From the NCBI GenBank assembly GCA_035625915.1, contig DASPOR010000117.1:3700-67699 (forward strand): a stretch of 64,000 nt of DNA, written 5' to 3'. Origin of the DNA: Alphaproteobacteria bacterium (lineage in GTDB: Bacteria; Pseudomonadota; Alphaproteobacteria; JACZXZ01). This document shows, one piece after another, positions 10,158 through 18,642 of the stretch. Positions within the stretch are counted from its first letter, which is position 1, and each line of letters begins with the position of its first letter. The notes under the pieces were generated by a model. That model was not told the DNA's origin and did not search any database. It saw nothing but the letters and a program-made list of their open reading frames with translations. Both the position numbers and the translations under genes were made by a program.

Positions 10158-11139
10158 TTTCTGGCACCGTCCGGAGAGTGCGGTCGGCGCCATGCTTGCA
10201 CCGTTTGGCGCGCTCTACGACACGGCTGGGCAGCTCCGTTCCGCTTTGACGAGGGCTCAAAGGCTCCCGCGGAGCGTCATTTGTATAGGCAACCTGACGG
10301 CGGGCGGGGCCGGAAAGACACCAACGGCAATCGCCATTGCGCGTTGGTTTCTCGCGCGCGGCAAAACACCTCACATCCTGACCCGGGGCTATCGCGCGCG
10401 CGCCGCCGGCCCGCTTCGGGTCGATCCCGATCGCCATGGTTTTCGCGACGTTGGCGATGAATCGCTTCTGCTCGCAGCGATCGCTCCGACCTGGATCGGC
10501 GGCAATCGCATTGCAAGCGGGCTCGCGGCATGCGACGCGGGGGCGGATCTTCTCGTCATGGATGACGGTTTGCAGAATCCTACTTTGGCCAAGGACCTTT
10601 CACTGGTCGTCGTCGATGGCGGATACGGTATCGGAAATGGGCGCGTTTTTCCGGCGGGGCCTTTGCGTGAAAGCGTGGCGCACGGCCTGACGCGTGTCGA
10701 CGCCGCCGTGATGATCGGCGCCGACGCAACCGGCCTCTCTCGCGTTTTCGCGAGCCGTCTTCCCATGCTCGAAGCACGACTCGTTCCCAACCCGTCGGCA
10801 AGTGCACTCGCGGGCAAACGCGTGCTGGCCGTCGCCGGAATCGGACGGCCTTCAAAATTCTTCGCAACGCTCGAAGGACTCGGGACCACAGTCGTGAAAC
10901 GCGTCGCCTTCGACGATCATCATGCCTACCATGCCGATGAGATCATGCGGCTCGTCGAGGAGGCACAGGTTTTGGAGGCACAACTCGTAACGACGGAGAA
11001 GGACTTTGTTCGTTTTCCACTGGAAGCGCGACCGATGGCGACGGCGGTGCCGGTCCATATCGAGTGGAGCGATGAGGAGGCGCTCGAGCGCCTCCTTAGC
11101 CCTTTCCTCAGGGCCGATGGCCTGAGGCCCCATGCTTGA
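10132..11139 (+). CDS. lpxK: tetraacyldisaccharide 4'-kinase
   Basis: VICIGNLTAGGAGKTP P-loop and LpxK family layout. The start MSLAVRAPDFW overlaps the waaA 3' end. Confidence 0.85.
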   Translation: MSLAVRAPDFWHRPESAVGAMLAPFGALYDTAGQLRSALTRAQRLPRSVICIGNLTAGGAGKTPTAIAIARWFLARGKTPHILTRGYRARAAGPLRVDPDRHGFRDVGDESLLLAAIAPTWIGGNRIASGLAACDAGADLLVMDDGLQNPTLAKDLSLVVVDGGYGIGNGRVFPAGPLRESVAHGLTRVDAAVMIGADATGLSRVFASRLPMLEARLVPNPSASALAGKRVLAVAGIGRPSKFFATLEGLGTTVVKRVAFDDHHAYHADEIMRLVEEAQVLEAQLVTTEKDFVRFPLEARPMATAVPVHIEWSDEEALERLLSPFLRADGLRPHA

Positions 11140-12037
11140 GTGGCGGACACCTGTCTCGAGAGCGCTCGGTACGGTCGTGCACTGGATCGAGGGCGTCGCC
11201 CTTCTCGCGGCGTTTGCCATGTTCCGCCTCATGCCGCTTGACTGGGCGTCGGCGTTGGGTGGCCATCTTTGCCGAACGTATGGGCGATTTCTGCCAGTAT
11301 CGCGCTATGCCAAAAGGAACCTTCGCGCCGCCTATCCGGAGAAATCGGATGCCGAAATCCGCAAGATCTTCGTCGATATGTGGGAAAACCTCGGCCGCAT
11401 GTTCGGCGAATATCCCCATCTCGGTGGAATACGGCTCTATGAGCCGGGTAGCCGTGTCGAGGTGATCAATCCCGAATATCTCGACCACCTTCGCGATGAC
11501 GGCAAGCCCGGCATCTTTTTCTCGGCACACATTGGCAATTGGGAAATCGCCTCGATGGGGGCTACGCAGCGCGACCTCCCGCTCATACGTATCTACCGTG
11601 CCCCCAACAATCCGCTGGTCGACCGACTCGCTCGCTGGACGCGCCGCAAGATTACAGGTGAACTCTTGCCCAAGGGTGAGGAGGGTGCTCGGCGCACTAT
11701 CGCAATGATGCGCAAGGGCGGGCATCTCGGCATACTCGTCGACCAGAAACTCAATAACGGCATTCCAGTACCCTTCTTCGGCCGGCCGGCGATGACCGCA
11801 CCCTCATTGGCCCAGCTCGCCCTCAAGTTCGATTGCCCCGTCATTCCGGCCCGGGTCGTTCGCTTGAACGGCGCCCATTTTCGCTTGTTCATCTATCCCC
11901 CGCTCGAAATCGTCAAAACCGGCGACCGCGCGCACGACACACTGGCGCTCATGATTCGCGTGAACGCGATCATCGAAGGCTGGGTTCGCGAATACCCCGG
12001 ACAGTGGCTTTGGCTACACCGACGATGGCCGGACTAA
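11132..12037 (+). CDS. lpxL: lipid A biosynthesis lauroyl/late acyltransferase (LpxL/HtrB family)
   Basis: FFSAHIGNWE (HX4D-type acyltransferase motif region) and length of about 300 aa. Overlaps the lpxK stop. Confidence 0.8.
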   Translation: MLEWRTPVSRALGTVVHWIEGVALLAAFAMFRLMPLDWASALGGHLCRTYGRFLPVSRYAKRNLRAAYPEKSDAEIRKIFVDMWENLGRMFGEYPHLGGIRLYEPGSRVEVINPEYLDHLRDDGKPGIFFSAHIGNWEIASMGATQRDLPLIRIYRAPNNPLVDRLARWTRRKITGELLPKGEEGARRTIAMMRKGGHLGILVDQKLNNGIPVPFFGRPAMTAPSLAQLALKFDCPVIPARVVRLNGAHFRLFIYPPLEIVKTGDRAHDTLALMIRVNAIIEGWVREYPGQWLWLHRRWPD

Positions 12038-12218
12038 AAAGGTACCGCCGCCAAGTCGGGTGAACGCTAATGTAAATAAAATTGAAGACGGACTCTGATG
12101 ACCACGCGATCGCATTCCACTATTGTCGAACGAAGGCGGCGCCATTCCGATTATTGCCACCATCGTCACTTCTAGCCAGACTGACAAAGCGGTTGCGCTA
12201 AATACCCCTCACTTTGCT

Positions 12219-12977
12219 TCAAGTCCGCCAGGATTGTATCCGCGCCGCTAACGCCTCGGGGTTCACCCTTGCGCTGATTAGAGCTTCAGAAAATAAGCCG
12301 ACATGACGACTAAAGTCGGATTTCACTTGCTCAAAGAGTGGCGTGGGCTCAGCTCTTTCGCGGCCAAGATAGCTACGACAAAGCCGTACATGGTTCGCTT
12401 CGTCCGCTCGAATTCGACGCAACACGCTGCTAACCACGTCAATCTCGCCGAGCTTCCCTTGCAGGAGGGCGGACAACACGATGCACGTGAGTGAATCTAT
12501 CACCACAATCACGCGGAAACGAGTTGCTGCGTCCGATCCACGATTTTGACGGAAGAATTCTGCGGCATCTGGGGTGCGGTTGGCCAAACGACAATCCGAA
12601 CATACTTCCTCAAGCGCCCGCAGCAGCAACACATGTTGTCGCTCCTCGACGCAAATATCTTCAGCGATACGCCTCGCCGGCAGATCGACGGTTGTATTCT
12701 GCGCGTGCATTCCAAATAAAATAACAGCCGATTCTTCACCGCAAGAGACCATCGGCAGCATCTGTAAGATGAGCGTTTTCTCCTGATGGCTCAGATATGG
12801 ACCGTTAGTTCTAATTTTTTCGATCAACTGATCTACGGTGTCTCGACCCAACGAGGTCATTTGCCGGGACGGCCGAGTCGCCGGCGAACGTTCTTGCATG
12901 TAGCGGGAAAGCAGGCGATCCACGCCGAGGCAGGACTTTCGTGCATTTGGGTCGCGCTCGTCAGCGTCAGACCTCAT
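12219..12977 (-). CDS. ferritin-like diiron-carboxylate protein, function unknown, in a low-GC island
   Basis: Two E...ExxH motifs (GEES...EERQHV; ...GE...DEANHV) typical of four-helix-bundle diiron oxygenases/ferritin-like proteins. The surrounding DNA is visibly less GC-rich than the rest of the window. The N-terminus is uncertain. Confidence 0.45.
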   Translation of the reverse strand: MRSDADERDPNARKSCLGVDRLLSRYMQERSPATRPSRQMTSLGRDTVDQLIEKIRTNGPYLSHQEKTLILQMLPMVSCGEESAVILFGMHAQNTTVDLPARRIAEDICVEERQHVLLLRALEEVCSDCRLANRTPDAAEFFRQNRGSDAATRFRVIVVIDSLTCIVLSALLQGKLGEIDVVSSVLRRIRADEANHVRLCRSYLGRERAEPTPLFEQVKSDFSRHVGLFSEALISARVNPEALAARIQSWRT

Positions 12978-13241
12978 TTTGTGACCGATCCTAACTTACG
13001 AGGGTTGGCCGAACCATCGCACTGAATGTGTTTGCAACGGTACGCCAATTTCGAAATCCCTAGCGACAACATCGTGATTGCCCTCACTGTGACGTTGGGG
13101 GCGCTGTGGATCGCGCGAAGATATGCGGGCAAGTTGGCCTGGGTGGAATCGTCTGATCCATCACATGGGTTCCCTGCGTATACCTAGCAGATCAAGGGTC
13201 TGACCGCAGCACATTCTTACGAATTTGACCCGGAGGGACCA

Positions 13242-13406
13242 GTGTGGCGAATCCGAAATTCGCCACATCTGGGCGCTGGACCGTGAGCGAATTTCGGATT
13301 CAAAGCCACGCTCGTAATATGTCGTATCTAGTGTGGTATTCGGATTTGAAGTTCCCAAGCGCGGATGCCACCAAAATATGAGAAACTTCAAATCCACCAC
13401 ACTAGG
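13242..13406 (+). repeat. MITE-like two-hairpin interspersed repeat, copy 1
   Basis: agtgtggcgaatccgaaattcgccac...gagcgaatttcggattcaaagccac / ctagtgtggtattcggatttgaagttcc...gagaaacttcaaatccaccacactag. Shares its whole length with copies at 27236, 36960 and 42909. Confidence 0.8.
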
Positions 13407-13617
13407 TCGCGCACCAAACGGAAGGTGAGCGAAATTACGCTTCCTCTTGCCTAAGCTACAAGCTCGTCACCCCAGGGACGAAAATCGCGGTAAGGCTGGA
13501 TCTCCACGAATGAGCGCTCGGTTTCTTGCGCTTATTGCGATCCATGAGTCGTCAGCGCGTGTCGTCGGGTGGAGAACCTGGCTTCGCCGGCAACGAATGC
13601 AGACCGGCCACGCGTCG

Positions 13618-14475
13618 TCAGTCGCCCCCTACGGTCGCCGGTTTTGACTCTGCGTCTACCGGCAAGGCCGGCATGGGCGGGACGAGAAGCTGAGGGTCGA
13701 GACGCACCGTCTGCCAATTCATCCCCCAGTGAAGATGCGGGCCCGTAACGCGCCCCGTTCGACCCATGCGCGCGACCTCCTGGCCCTGGCGCACGTGCTC
13801 TCCCACCTTCACCTCGATCGCCGAGAGATGGAGGAAGATCGAACTCAGGCCGAGGCCGTGATCGATGATGAGCGTGCCGCCTGTCAGGTAAAGGTCGGAC
13901 TCGGCCAGGGTGATGACGCCGTCGGCGGGCGCGCTGAGGGGTGTGCCGACCGGCCCTGCGATGTCGACGCCCATATGGGGCGCGCGCGGCTCCCCATTCA
14001 AGATGCGTTGACTGCCGTAGACGCCGCTAATCGGCCCTTGCACCGGCCAGATGAATCCCGTCTCGAAGAGAGGCTCGCGGATATCGGTGGAGCGCGCCTT
14101 GTTGAGGAGCGCTTGGTCGTCCTGAATGCGCTTCAATATCTCGGGCGGCGGCGTCACCATTGCCGGTGGCAGGCCGTTGATGCGCTGGATGTCGTAGCGA
14201 CGTTGTACGACGGCGAGCACGCGCTCCTCGGTCTCGCCATCCGGATGGCGCACTGTGAGGATCGATTCGGGCTTCGCGTCGCGGTCGAATCCGAAGACAA
14301 AATGCCCATCGTCCGCGACCTTGACCGTTTTGCCGTCGAGCGTCACATCCGCCTTGGGTTCGGTGACCCCGAAGACGAGCCCACCCTGCGTCACTTTCCC
14401 TTCGATGCTTAGCGTGCCAGCAATTGCCGGCGATGCCGCGAGCGAACAAGCGATGACGATCACACGTATATTCAC
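13618..14475 (-). CDS. M23 family metallopeptidase with signal peptide
   Basis: N-terminal signal peptide. HMGVDIAGPVGTP and DHG...HLH...GPHLHW M23 motifs. Confidence 0.8.
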   Translation of the reverse strand: MNIRVIVIACSLAASPAIAGTLSIEGKVTQGGLVFGVTEPKADVTLDGKTVKVADDGHFVFGFDRDAKPESILTVRHPDGETEERVLAVVQRRYDIQRINGLPPAMVTPPPEILKRIQDDQALLNKARSTDIREPLFETGFIWPVQGPISGVYGSQRILNGEPRAPHMGVDIAGPVGTPLSAPADGVITLAESDLYLTGGTLIIDHGLGLSSIFLHLSAIEVKVGEHVRQGQEVARMGRTGRVTGPHLHWGMNWQTVRLDPQLLVPPMPALPVDAESKPATVGGD

Positions 14476-16013
14476 AACAACGATCCTTGCTTGGATTTGA
14501 CTTTATCCTTGGCGCCCGAATGGCTTGGATTTGTTTCGCGCCGGGTACCGGTTTCGGATCGCCGAGGTTCCATCTTGCCGATAACGGCGCCCGCGACGCC
14601 ATCGTGAAACTCGATCGAGACCGCCATTCCTGCCGAAGTGGCGGCGGCCGCGGTGACTGAACCACCCGTCGAGTCGCGGACGAGCGCGTAGCCGCGATCC
14701 AGAACACGCCGGTATGAGAGATTGTCGAGACGCTTGCCGAGCCCATCGATGCGCTCTGCGACGCGATCGAGCAACCGCACAGTCGCCGGACGCAAACGTA
14801 GCGCCAGTCGATCCGTCTCCCGTCCCTGACGCTCGATCTCGGCAAGGAGTTGGGCCTTGCGCAGGCGCGCAGCACTTGCCGAGAATTCCTGCTCCTTCGC
14901 CTTGATGAGCTGCTTGAGCGTGCGGGCGAGATCGGGAAGGCTGCCGAGTCGCTCTTGCCGCCGCGCCACGAAGCCGGTGGCGGCATTCATGAACCGCTCC
15001 GACCAGTCATCGAAACGTTGGCTTGCCTGTTCGAGAAGTCGAACAGGATCGGGCAGGCCGCGCGCGAGACCCTCGAGCCGGCTGCGCCGTTCCTCCACCA
15101 TGCGATTCCATGCCCGGACCAGTCGCTGGCCGTTCTCCATCGTTTGGGCGAGCAGCTCGCCTCGCACCGGTACGGCGATCTCGGCCGCAGCCGTCGGCGT
15201 CGGCGCACGGCGATCGGAGGCGAAATCGATGAGCGTGGTGTCGGTCTCGTGGCCGACTGCGGAGATGAGGGGTATCGCACTCGCCGCAGCAGCGCGCACG
15301 ACAATCTCCTCGTTGAAGGCCCAAAGATCCTCCAGGCTGCCCCCACCGCGCGCAACGATCAGAAGGTCGGGACGTGGAATCGTACCGCCGGATTGGAGGC
15401 GGTTGAAACCTTCAATCGCGCCCGCAACCTGTTCGGCGGCCCCGCTCCCTTGCACCGCGACGGGCCAAAGGATGACTCGGCGCGGAAAGCGATCCGCGAG
15501 GCGATGAAGGATGTCGCGGATCACGGCGCCGGTCGGCGAAGTGACGACTCCAATGACCTCAGGAAGATAAGGGAGTGGTTTCTTGCGCGCCGCATCGAAA
15601 AGTCCCTCGGCCGCGAGCTTTCGTTTGCGATCTTCGAGGAGTTTCAGCAGTGCGCCTTCGCCTGCAAGCTCCATCGTTTCGACGACGAGCTGATATTTTG
15701 AGCGTCCCGGATAGGTCGTGATCCGCCCCGCGCAAACGACCTCCATCCCGTCCTCGGGCTTGAGCCCGAGGCGCGCTGCCGTCCCACGCCAGCATACGGC
15801 GTCGAGAACCGCGTTGGCGTCTTTGAGCGAAAGATAAAGATGGCCGGAGGTATGCCGCTTGAATCCCGATATCTCGCCGCGCACGCGCACATGCTCGAAG
15901 CGATCCTCGAGCGCGCGCTTGAGAAGGGAAGATAGCTCGCTCACCGAGAATTCGGGAAGGTTCGGGAGGAGCGAGGACTCGAGCGAATTTTCCGTCATGA
16001 TCGTCGGACTCAT
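14472..16013 (-). CDS. xseA: exodeoxyribonuclease VII large subunit
   Basis: OB-fold N-terminus (VRVRGEISGFKRHTSGHLYLSLKD), GGGSLEDLWAFN catalytic region and a long coiled-coil C-terminus. The start is taken at MSPTIMTEN rather than the ORF-track start at 16076. Confidence 0.85.
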   Translation of the reverse strand: MSPTIMTENSLESSLLPNLPEFSVSELSSLLKRALEDRFEHVRVRGEISGFKRHTSGHLYLSLKDANAVLDAVCWRGTAARLGLKPEDGMEVVCAGRITTYPGRSKYQLVVETMELAGEGALLKLLEDRKRKLAAEGLFDAARKKPLPYLPEVIGVVTSPTGAVIRDILHRLADRFPRRVILWPVAVQGSGAAEQVAGAIEGFNRLQSGGTIPRPDLLIVARGGGSLEDLWAFNEEIVVRAAAASAIPLISAVGHETDTTLIDFASDRRAPTPTAAAEIAVPVRGELLAQTMENGQRLVRAWNRMVEERRSRLEGLARGLPDPVRLLEQASQRFDDWSERFMNAATGFVARRQERLGSLPDLARTLKQLIKAKEQEFSASAARLRKAQLLAEIERQGRETDRLALRLRPATVRLLDRVAERIDGLGKRLDNLSYRRVLDRGYALVRDSTGGSVTAAAATSAGMAVSIEFHDGVAGAVIGKMEPRRSETGTRRETNPSHSGAKDKVKSKQGSLL

Positions 16014-16068
16014 GTTACAAGACGCCCCGGAATCGAACCAGCGCAATAAGTGAAATCGGGACGGAACC

Positions 16069-17364
16069 ATGCGCATTCTGGTGGTGGGCTCGGGCGGGCG
16101 GGAGCATGCGCTCGTCTGGGCGATCGCCGCTTCGCCGATCGTCGATAAAATCTATTGCGCGCCGGGCAACGCCGGCATCGCACAGCACGCCGAGTGCGTG
16201 CCGATCGCCGCCGAAGACCTCGACGGGATCGTTCGGTGGGCAAAGACTGAACGGATCGATTTCGTTGTGATCGGGCCGGAAGCGCCACTTGTTGCGGGGT
16301 TGGTCGACCGGCTCGAGTCGGCTGGCGTCAAGTCATTCGGACCCACGGCTGCCGCGGCAGCTCTCGAAGGCTCGAAGGGCTATATGAAGGACAGGTGCGC
16401 GAAATGGGGCGTGCCGACTGCGGCCTATGGCCGCTTCGACGACGCGACGGCGGCAAAGGCGTTCATTCGGGACCGAGGTGCGCCGATCGTCGTCAAGACC
16501 GACGGGCTTGCGGCCGGCAAGGGCGTTACCGTTGCGCGCAGCATCGAACAAGCGAACGAAGCGGTCGATGCAGCACTCCTCGCGAAGCACTTCGGCGACG
16601 CCGGAAGTTCCCTCGTCATCGAGGAATTCCTCGAAGGCGAGGAGGCGAGCATTCTCGCTTTCGTAGACGGTGAGCACTTCGTGACGCTGCCCTCGGCGCA
16701 AGATCACAAACCCGCCTTTGACGGCGACCGAGGACCAAACACGGGCGGCATGGGCGCCTATTCGCCGGCACCCGTCGTGACGCCGGCACTTCAGAGGGAG
16801 ATCGAGCGCACGATCCTCGCCCCGACAGTCGCCGGCATGAAAGCGGAGGGCCGGCCTTTCAAGGGCGTTCTCTATGCCGGCATCATGGCAACCGGCGTCG
16901 GTCCGAAACTTCTCGAATACAACGTGCGTTTCGGGGACCCCGAGTGCCAGACGCTGCTTATGCGGCTCAAATCGGACATTGTCCCGGCCCTCGTGGCCTC
17001 CCGTGACGGCCAGCTCGAGTTTTTCGACATGCGTTGGCACGAGGAGCCGGCCCTTACGGTTGTGATGGCAAGCAAGGGTTATCCCGGTACTTACGCAAAA
17101 GGCAGTACAATTCGTAATCTCGACGCCGCGGCGAACGTCGAGGGTGTTGCGATCTTTCATGCCGGGACGGCGTTCAAGAACGGCGCACTGATCGCCACGG
17201 GCGGTCGTGTGCTCGGCGTCACGGCGCGGGCCAACACCATCGCCGAAGCACGCGAACGCGCATACAAGGCTGTCGACCTTATCGATTGGCCAGAAGGTTT
17301 CTGCCGCCGCGACATCGGCTGGCGCGCCATCGAACGCTTGCAGAATTTGCCATCGAAAAATTGA
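16069..17364 (+). CDS. purD: phosphoribosylamine--glycine ligase
   Basis: MRILVVGSGGREHALVWA N-terminus and ATP-grasp core. 431 aa. Confidence 0.9.
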   Translation: MRILVVGSGGREHALVWAIAASPIVDKIYCAPGNAGIAQHAECVPIAAEDLDGIVRWAKTERIDFVVIGPEAPLVAGLVDRLESAGVKSFGPTAAAAALEGSKGYMKDRCAKWGVPTAAYGRFDDATAAKAFIRDRGAPIVVKTDGLAAGKGVTVARSIEQANEAVDAALLAKHFGDAGSSLVIEEFLEGEEASILAFVDGEHFVTLPSAQDHKPAFDGDRGPNTGGMGAYSPAPVVTPALQREIERTILAPTVAGMKAEGRPFKGVLYAGIMATGVGPKLLEYNVRFGDPECQTLLMRLKSDIVPALVASRDGQLEFFDMRWHEEPALTVVMASKGYPGTYAKGSTIRNLDAAANVEGVAIFHAGTAFKNGALIATGGRVLGVTARANTIAEARERAYKAVDLIDWPEGFCRRDIGWRAIERLQNLPSKN

Positions 17365-17437
17365 CCTTTGCCGCGGTGCGGCATAGCTTCCGGTCGGGTG
17401 ATGGCGGAGGAGAGCCATTCCCGGATCGGAGATCATA

Positions 17438-18496
17438 ATGAACGGCACGCCTGCGCTCAGGACTGCAACCCGTGAGGCGCTTGAGTTTCCATTCCCGAAC
17501 GTGCCCGCACCAGGTACGACCGTCGAGGTGGCACCCGGCGTGCGCTGGCTGCGGATGCCGCTACCCTTTGCACTCGACCACATCAACCTTTGGATGCTCG
17601 AGGACAATGGCGGGTGGACGATCGTCGACACGGGTTTCGGCCGAGGAGACGAGACGCGAAATCTCTGGGAAAAGGTGTTTGCTTCGACCCTCGCCGGCCG
17701 GCCGGTCAAACGCGTGGTCGTGACCCACTTTCATCCCGACCACATCGGTCTCGCCGGGTGGCTCTGCGAGAAATTCGCGGTCGAATTGTGGACGACCCAG
17801 GCCGAATGGCTCACCGCCCATCTCGTGCGTCAGGGTTGGGCGGGCGGCGACATCGAGAAGCGCATCGTCCATTACAAGCGAAACGGCATGGCGGCGGAAC
17901 AACTCGACGCGTTCCTCAGACGCGGCAATCCTTACGCGCAGAACGTCTCGCCAGTGCCGCCCACCTATCACCGCTTCATGGAAAACGACGACATCGAGAT
18001 CGATGGGCGGCCATGGCGGGTCATCATCGGGCACGGCCATGCGCCAGAGCATGCCTGCCTCTACAGTCGCGATCTCGACGTTTTGATTTCAGGCGATCAG
18101 GTCTTGCCCAAGATCACGACCAACGTGAGCGTATGGCCGGATCAACCCGACAGCAATCCTTTGAAACTCTATCTCGACTCGATCGGGTATTTCCGCCCGC
18201 TCCCGGCAACCGCGTTCGTGCTGCCATCCCACGGCTTGCCGTTTCGCGGCCTGCATTTGCGCCTTGACGACCTTGCCCACCACCACGACGAGCGGCTCGC
18301 GCGAACGGTCGACGCCTGCGCGACACCCCGCAGCGGTGCAGAGATAATTCCGGTTCTTTTCCGCCGTGCGCTCGACATTCACCAGCTTTCCTTCGCGATG
18401 GGCGAGGCGTTGGCGCACCTTCACTATCTTGTGGGTAACGGCCAGCTCATGCGCGAGTTCGATAGCGACGGGGTCTATCGGTTCGTCATGGCCTGA
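17438..18496 (+). CDS. MBL-fold metallo-hydrolase
   Basis: VVVTHFHPDHIGLAGWL (HxHxDH) motif plus downstream His/Asp ligands. Confidence 0.75.
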   Translation: MNGTPALRTATREALEFPFPNVPAPGTTVEVAPGVRWLRMPLPFALDHINLWMLEDNGGWTIVDTGFGRGDETRNLWEKVFASTLAGRPVKRVVVTHFHPDHIGLAGWLCEKFAVELWTTQAEWLTAHLVRQGWAGGDIEKRIVHYKRNGMAAEQLDAFLRRGNPYAQNVSPVPPTYHRFMENDDIEIDGRPWRVIIGHGHAPEHACLYSRDLDVLISGDQVLPKITTNVSVWPDQPDSNPLKLYLDSIGYFRPLPATAFVLPSHGLPFRGLHLRLDDLAHHHDERLARTVDACATPRSGAEIIPVLFRRALDIHQLSFAMGEALAHLHYLVGNGQLMREFDSDGVYRFVMA

Positions 18497-18642
18497 GAGC
18501 CCCTCCCTTGCGGATTCATCGATCTTTTGCGCCGCTGCTCCCACCAGAAGGCCGATTTGGGCGGTCGCTGTCGCGGTCCTCGATTGTGCCTTGAACATTC
18601 ACACCTCCCAACGCTGGGGCAGGGGGTGCCGCTCGCTCCCTG

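Noticed and set aside
12038-13241. Prophage, integrase or tRNA-associated genomic island at the low-GC segment
   Set aside because: No integrase, tRNA gene, attachment-site direct repeats or phage genes are visible. Only a single gene plus an adjacent MITE-like copy is present, so it is reported simply as a compositional island.
13161-13400. ORF-track entries lying on the interspersed repeats (13161-13400, 26997-27341, 27164-27358, 36811-37029, 47054-47296, 47129-47317)
   Set aside because: These lie entirely or mostly within the palindromic MITE-like or REP elements. Their translations (e.g. RVKPGLDPGI on both strands) are produced by the inverted repeats themselves, and no SD sequences or conserved protein features are present.
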